A DNA stretch of 64,000 bases from Hormiphora californensis (Eukaryota; Animalia; Ctenophora): assembly GCA_020137815.1 (NCBI GenBank), contig CM035361.1:4216001-4280000 (forward strand), written 5' to 3'. A program made the position numbers and the translations under genes. Position 1 is the first letter of the stretch; every line of letters starts with the position of its first letter. Positions 54,983 to 64,000 of this stretch are shown here, one piece after another. The notes beneath the pieces are model-generated. The model was not told where the DNA came from, ran no database searches, and saw only the letters and a program-made list of their open reading frames with translations.

Positions 54983-55709
54983 TAGGGTAAACTGGGGTAA
55001 AATGGTCCACGGGGCAAAGTGGCACATGTATGGGGCAAAATGGTCCTAGTTATTACATGAAGTCACGTGACTTTTTCTCCAGCGGAGACCTACTCGTTCT
55101 GTTCCGAATTTTTGCTTTAAAACTGCTGTAATTTCTGTTTGAGTTGGCCGATTTTAATTTTGCAAAAACTGCCAGTTAGGTTTTTATCCTTCTAAAACTT
55201 GGTATATTTTTTTCCAAAAAACTCACTATTAAGTTGATCAAATTGTCAAATTAGTCAAACTGGGGCAAAGTGGTTCATCCTCACTGGGGCAAAGTGGTTC
55301 ACCCTGGGACCAATGAAATCGAGTTTCCAATACCACGTGATACCCCAACTGGGGCAAAATGGTCCTGCAGAACGGAATTTACTGAAGATAACATGGCGCA
55401 TGGACCATTTTGCCCCTAATTTGATTATTGCTCTAACAACACCAGGCACGTGATAAAATCGAGCAATGCTATTGGCTGGGACCATTTTGCACCAGTGCAA
55501 AATTTCCAAAAAAAGCCCTACCAAATTTTTTGAATTGATTAATTAACCTACTACATAAATAAAACTTTCAGATTTTAAAATTTAGCTCGTCTGAAAGGAA
55601 AACGTTTCATTGGATAGCCTATATAATTATTTTTCTTCCTGCTGTATAAATTGCGTATTTTAGAACCTAAAACGTTAAAAAATGGACCTTTTTACCCCAG
55701 TTTACCCTA
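54983..55709. mobile_element. Non-autonomous TIR element (pogo/Tc1-like)
   Basis: TAGGGTAAACTGGGGTAAAATGGTCCA...TGGACCTTTTTACCCCAGTTTACCCTA; internal GGGGCAAA(A/G)TGG repeats. Confidence 0.8.
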
Positions 55710-55989
55710 TAATAGTCTGAAGTCTCATACACTAACGTCGGATTTTTTCCTCAGTACACATTTGTTATCAGTATCACATGCGTGACGCGTGTGAGTTTGG
55801 GGGTGACAACTTCAAAAATCTGACTTTAGTAGCAGTAAAATTTCTCTCATCGCATCCATCTAAATCAATAAAAATTCGCACTGGCAATTTTATAAAAAGG
55901 GTTTGCGAATATAAAGTTTACGAATAACAGAAACGAATCCAAGATAACTCTGTGTGCTAATAATATTATTATTAATATTATTATTAATA

Positions 55990-56161
55990 CAGTCGGACCC
56001 CGATTTAACGGCACCCTCGGGGGAAAGGGTTTTGTCCGTTAAATCGGGGTGTCCGCTAAATTGGGGTCAAATATGGTTGATTTTCTATATCGGGGGAATA
56101 TTATGCTGCCGTTAAATCGGGGTGCCGCTAAATCGGGGGCCGTTAAATCGGGGTCCGACTG
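55990..56161. mobile_element. CAGTCGGACCCC MITE copy
   Basis: TIRs and TA TSD in an AT-rich target. Confidence 0.88.
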
Positions 56162-56191
56162 TATTATTATTAATATTATTATTAATATATA

Positions 56192-56829
56192 CTGGGTGTT
56201 CATTTTGGATCTTTACAAGCGTTGGCCTTCACCTAGAAAAAAGTTGACAAGATCAGGTCATGAAACTTCATATTTGGACTATTCTATACCCTCATTCAAG
56301 GTTCCTGGGGGTTTTGGAGCTCTAGCACCCCGGGAAGTGTGTTTTTGGCATCAAAACTACCAGAAGGAATTTTTTTGCTGGTGCTGAGACTTTGCTAAAA
56401 TGTTTTTTGGGTATTTTCTATGTCAATCCTAAAGTTTCATAGAGATTGGATGTGTTTTTCGGACTCAAAATTTCGATAAAAGTGGCTGGAAAGGCTCGAA
56501 AACAGCTCAAAAACGGCTAAAATTGAGTCTTTCCAGCCACTTTTTACGAAATTTTGAGTCTGAAAAACACATCCAATCTCTATGAAACTTTAGGATTGAC
56601 ATAAAAAATACCCAAAAAACATTTTAGCAAAGTCTCAGCACCAGCAAAAAATTCCTTCTGGTAGTTTTGATGCCAAAAACACACTTCCCGGGGTCCTAAA
56701 GCTCCAAAACCCCCAGGAACCTTGAATGAGGGTATAGAATAGTCCAAGTATGAAGTTTCATGACCTAATCTTGTCAACTTTTTTCTGGGTGAAGCCCAAC
56801 GCTTGTAAAGATCCAAAATGAACACCCTG
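56192..56829. mobile_element. Palindromic Tc1/mariner-type MITE (C(A/T)GGGTG termini, TA TSD)
   Basis: TA|CTGGGTGTTCATTTTGGATC...GATCCAAAATGAACACCCTG|TA; ~300-bp arms. Confidence 0.9.
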
Positions 56830-57252
56830 TATTAGAGTCACGACAGGGGCGATTAGCTCAAGGAGAGCTTATTGTGACTTTATCATATTAGTAATATAAT
56901 AATTATATCACTATAATGATGATGATGATGATAATGAGTTTTAGCAAAGTCACGATCTCCTCGAGCTAATCGCTCCTCTCGTATTCTATAATAGAAAGGA
57001 CAGTTAGGGGCAGATGTGATATTTTACCCACTTCAAGAAAGGACGGGGAGATGTGAAAAGTATCTCTTCAATTATCATAGTGTCACTTTAGTGATGAAGC
57101 TGAATCACCTGTCTCGTAGCTTTTGTTTTCAGGGGCTACAAAGGGCCCGCGGAATGACACGCCTCTTCTTCTTCGATCATGACAAGTCCCAGATGTTTAT
57201 AACCCCACCCCCTTGCTCAATACGATTCAGTACTTCCCCACAATCTTTGAAC

Positions 57253-59099
<1,847 letters not shown>

Positions 59100-59486
59100 A
59101 CAGACGTGACGTCACGTGACGGCTCACGCAGGACGCGTGACGGCTCACGCAGAACGCGTGATATTAGTGAGCATCCTTATCAGATTACTTAGTTTTGAAA
59201 ATATTGTTCCCAAAAAGCAGAATTTATGACTTTTGTAAAGAGAAGGAGAGAGACAAATACCATATCGATATATACTCACACACGCACATGACTCAATATC
59301 ACAGCCGCTTCAATTGATGAGCAGCTCCTACAACTGTGACTCGGACAAAATATCGTGATCATCACGATTTAGAAACTTTCAAGTCCTTTATGTTAAGAGA
59401 GTTCATGCGGCTCTGAAAAAACACATACATCAATCAGGTTGAGAGGATCGTGGCAGATTTATCAAAATGTGGTGCTGCAGTAGAGC

Positions 59487-59805
59487 TTAGTTTTTAGCTT
59501 TTTTACGAGGGAAATACCACTGCCGCTTTTCTCTGTTGCTCATCACAGATCCAACGGGTGCAGGTACATCTGAGGGGATTTGAGTTTGAATTGCAAATGA
59601 ATCCTCGTCCTAAAAAAGACTAAAAATACGAAGACATGTCTTCGTATTTTCAGTCGACAGACACGAACCTTTATACTCTTCCTGATCATCTAGATCGGGC
59701 TGGCTGATCATGATCACTTCCTCTCCCTGCTTTGTTGGCGGGGGCTGATCCATTTCCAGGTCCACTGGCAGGGATGTGGTTACACACACCATAGCCACAA
59801 GTAAT
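59487..59805 (-). CDS. Candidate secreted peptide precursor (ATG exon not located)
   Basis: Exon 59805-59669 reads LLVAMVCVTTSLPVDLEMDQPPPTKQGEEVIMISQPDLDDQEEYK. After a 99-nt GT-AG intron, exon 59569-59487 reads DVPAPVGSVMSNREKRQWYFPRKKAKN*. Confidence 0.65.
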
Positions 59806-61236
59806 CTGTGGAGGGGGATGTGGTTACACACACCATAGCCACAAGTAATCTGTGGAGGGCGATGTGGTTACACACACCATAGCCACAAGTAATCTGTGGA
59901 GGGGGATGTGGTTACACACACCATAGCCACAAGTAATCTGTGGAGGGGGATGTGGTTACACACACCATAGCCACAAGTAATCTGTGGAGGGGGATGTGGT
60001 TACACACACCATAGCCACAAGTAATCTGTGGAGGGGGATGTGGTTACACACACCATAGCCACAAGTAATCTGTGGAGGGGAATGTGGTTACACACACCAT
60101 AGCCACAAGTAATCTGGGGAGGGGGATGTGGTTACACACACCATAGCCACAAGTAATCTGTGGAGGGGGATGTGGTTACACACACCATAGCCACAAGTAA
60201 TCTGTGGAGGGGGATGTGGTTACACACACCATAGCCACAAGTAATCTGTGGAGGGGGATGTGGTTACACACACCATAGCCACAAGTAATCTGTGGAGGGG
60301 GATGTGGTTACACACACCATAGCCACAAGTAATCTGTGGAGGGGGATGTGGTTACACACACCATAGCCACAAGTAATCTGTGGAGGGGGATGTGGTTACA
60401 CACACCATAGCCACAAGTAATCTGTGGAGGGGGATGTGGTTACACACACCATAGCCACAAGTAATCTGTGGAGGGGGATGTGGTTACACACACCATAGCC
60501 ACAAGTAATCTGTGGAGGGGGATGTGGTTACACACACCATAGCCACAAGTAATCTGTGGAGGGGGATGTGGTTACACACACCATAGCCACAAGTAATCTG
60601 TGGAGGGGGATGTGGTTACACACACCATAGCCACAAGTAATCTGTGGAGGGGGATGTGGTTACACACACCATAGCCACAAGTAATCTGTGGAGGGGGATG
60701 TGGTTACACACACCATAGCCACAAGTAATCTGTGGAGGGGGATGTGGTTACACACACCATAGCCACAAGTAATCTGTGGAGGGGGATGTGGTTACACACA
60801 CCATAGCCACAAGTAATCTGTGGAGGGGGATGTGGTTACACACACCATAGTCACAAGTAATCTGTGGAGGGGGATGTGGTTACACACACCATAGCCACAA
60901 GTAATCTGTGGAGGGGGGTGTGGTTACACACACCATAGCCACAAGTAATCTGTGGAGGGGGATGTGGTTACACACACCATAGCCACAAGTAATCTGTGGA
61001 GGGGGGTGTGGTTACACACACCATAGCCACAAGTAATCTGTGGAGGGGGATGTGGTTACACACACCATAGCCACAAGTAATCTGTGGAGGGGGATGTGGT
61101 TACACACACCATAGCCACAAGTAATCTGTGGAGGGGGATGTGGTTACACACACCATAGCCACAAGTAATCTGTGGAGGGGGATGGGGTCAGTTACACACA
61201 CCATAGCCACAAGTAATCTGTGGAGGGGGGTGTGGT
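59771..61236 (-). repeat. 44-bp minisatellite (~33 copies) spanning a splice acceptor + exon start
   Basis: Minus-strand unit CCTCCACAG|ATTACTTGTGGCTATGGTGTGTGTAACCACATCCC; highly homogeneous, no spacers. Confidence 0.95.
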
Positions 61237-62533
61237 CAGACGATTGTTTATGTATTATAGGATTAAGTTTAACTATCCATGGGGGCACCATACCACTATG
61301 TGGTCATGTCCGATAGGCTCACGAGACCCCACCAGACGGGATTATAATCTAGTTTTGACAGTCATGCTTATGAGTTAATTCAGTTTAATTCTAGTATTAC
61401 TAGTAGCATGATTCTTAGAGAATCATGACTGGCACTTAGCAATGACTGCTCACTAGCCCGTGCTATTGATATTTTTTCTCGGCCCCTGCTTAGCCACACC
61501 TATGGGCTGGAAGATCTGACGATTCTGCGTAGAATGCAAAAAACGAGACTTGAAAATATTAAAAGGGGGCCATGTTCTTCCAGTTTAAAGTTAGGTAGTT
61601 TCGTTGAAAACTTCAATTTTTGTCAAAATGGACTCCCGCTTAGCAACTACGATTAGCAAACTTCCTAAGCGATGGACTTAGAATATTTCAATGGGAAACG
61701 AAAAGCATGGCAAAAAGGGAAAAGAGAGATATAGAAGATAGCAAATAGAGAAGAAAAGAGGCAAAAAGATATGATAATATCACACAGAAATATAGAAAGA
61801 TTGAAGAAGAAATAGAGAGAGAGAGAGAGAGAGAAGATTGAGAGTAGAGAGAGAGCTGTAGAGAGAGTGAGAGATCATATATCCCTATTGCGAAGGGCGG
61901 TTCCAGGGGCTCCTAGCCCTACTCGGTTTTTAGGAGAGCTCACCCGTCGCAGTACTCTGGTACATGCTGTTTCTGGGGCATGACAGGAGGCTGGGGATTA
62001 GAGCTGGCATCACTCATATTCAAGGTTACAAATCTTTAAATTTGTCTTTTGTTACATATCTTTAAATTTGTCTTTGTTTCATCTCACAACTAGGGATCTG
62101 CACTTTGGCACCTAGTTTGAGGGTGTGTCACAGGGCTGGTTCCCTCATTAGATTTGTACTGGGCGAACTGATAAGGGAACCCTACTAAAATTCAGCCCGA
62201 CAACCGACCGACAAAACGATCGATCAACGACTGATATCAATTGCCAACCAACCGCCTATCAATCGATCGCCGAACCAAATCCCAGCAGGGAAAAGAAGGG
62301 AGAAGATCAGCTGCCTCGAGTACAAATCTCTAAGTTAATGCAATTGACCGCATTGTTATGTCACATCAGGCGAAACAGTGACGCGACTAGGGGCTGATAT
62401 GATATGGGAAAAGAGGGAGGAAAGTTCTGGAGAGGGGAAAGAGAAATTAAATTTTGAGAGTAAGGCGAGAATATCAGTGCCACAGAGAAAACAGCAATAC
62501 CAGGTGCTGAGATCTCCCCCTAAAAGCACCTAC

Positions 62534-63418
<885 letters not shown>

Positions 63419-63569
63419 CTGATAATTGGTGAATGGACATTCTCATTTATATGGGGTAAGAATTATTGCATTATCTATTCATATAATGCTGTGTTTCCCT
63501 ACTGTTTCATGTGTCACTGTGTCAGCAGGCTTGGTCGTAATGTAAGGCAATTTTGCATTTGCGGGCATC

Positions 63570-64000
63570 GCACTATAGACGCAGTACCCACGTACTATAG
63601 ACGCATTATAAACGCATTATAAACGCATTATAGACGCATTATAGACACACGCAATATAGACGCAATTTCGTAAGCAGCACTATAGACGCAATATAGACGC
63701 ATTATAACAGCAATATAAACGCATTTTTATAGACGCGACGCAGTATAGCCGCATTATAGGCGCACTACCCACCCCAAAATCACCTTATAGACGCACTATA
63801 GACGCATTATAGACTGACTATAGCAGCACCATAAACGCTACATAGACCCATATAGACGCATGATAGAAGCATTATAGACGCAAATCGCTTTTTATAGACG
63901 CCGCGTCTATAAAAAACGTGCTTTTTAAAGAAGCACTTTAGACGTACTCCAGGCTACAGTGCGATATTTGAGGCGCAGTTGGGCGTTTTATAAACGCATT
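63570..64000 (+). repeat. Degenerate short-unit repeat (TATAGACGCA motif), probably transposon subterminal
   Basis: Many imperfect TA(G/A)ACGCA copies running to the window edge. Confidence 0.6.

Noticed and set aside
59771-61236. CRISPR-like regular array
   Set aside because: Units are directly adjacent with no unique spacers, there are no cas genes, and the context is eukaryotic.

Overview
Eukaryotic, intron-rich and repeat-dense animal DNA. It is probably a ctenophore (Pleurobrachia-like); this is inferred from recalled gene-family and MITE types and was not verified by search. Genes rebuilt by hand from GT-AG exons: an adhesion GPCR (Cys-rich repeats, GAIN/GPS, 7TM; ~2.0-13.8 kb, +), a Shisa-like PPxY membrane protein (15.3-16.6 kb, -), an LDLa-repeat rhodopsin-type GPCR with a minisatellite-encoded tail (20.9-32.2 kb, -; its 5' exons recur at 62.5-63.4 kb), a secreted galactose-binding/F5/8C-like protein (36.1-37.0 kb, -), a small Cys-rich protein (48.1-51.2 kb, -), a secreted H-lectin-like protein (57.3-59.1 kb, +) and a candidate prepro-peptide ending REKR|QWYFPRKKAKN (59.5-59.8 kb, -). 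Mobile DNA includes an ORF1-only retroelement, a decayed LINE ORF2, many TIR/foldback elements (TA, TTAA and 8-bp TSDs, one with both filled and empty sites in the window) and nested non-autonomous Helitrons. The most unusual recurring pattern is minisatellites whose units are tandem copies of an exon-intron junction. Several stretches (32.2-33.35 kb, 39.4-42.1 kb) look like low-quality consensus.
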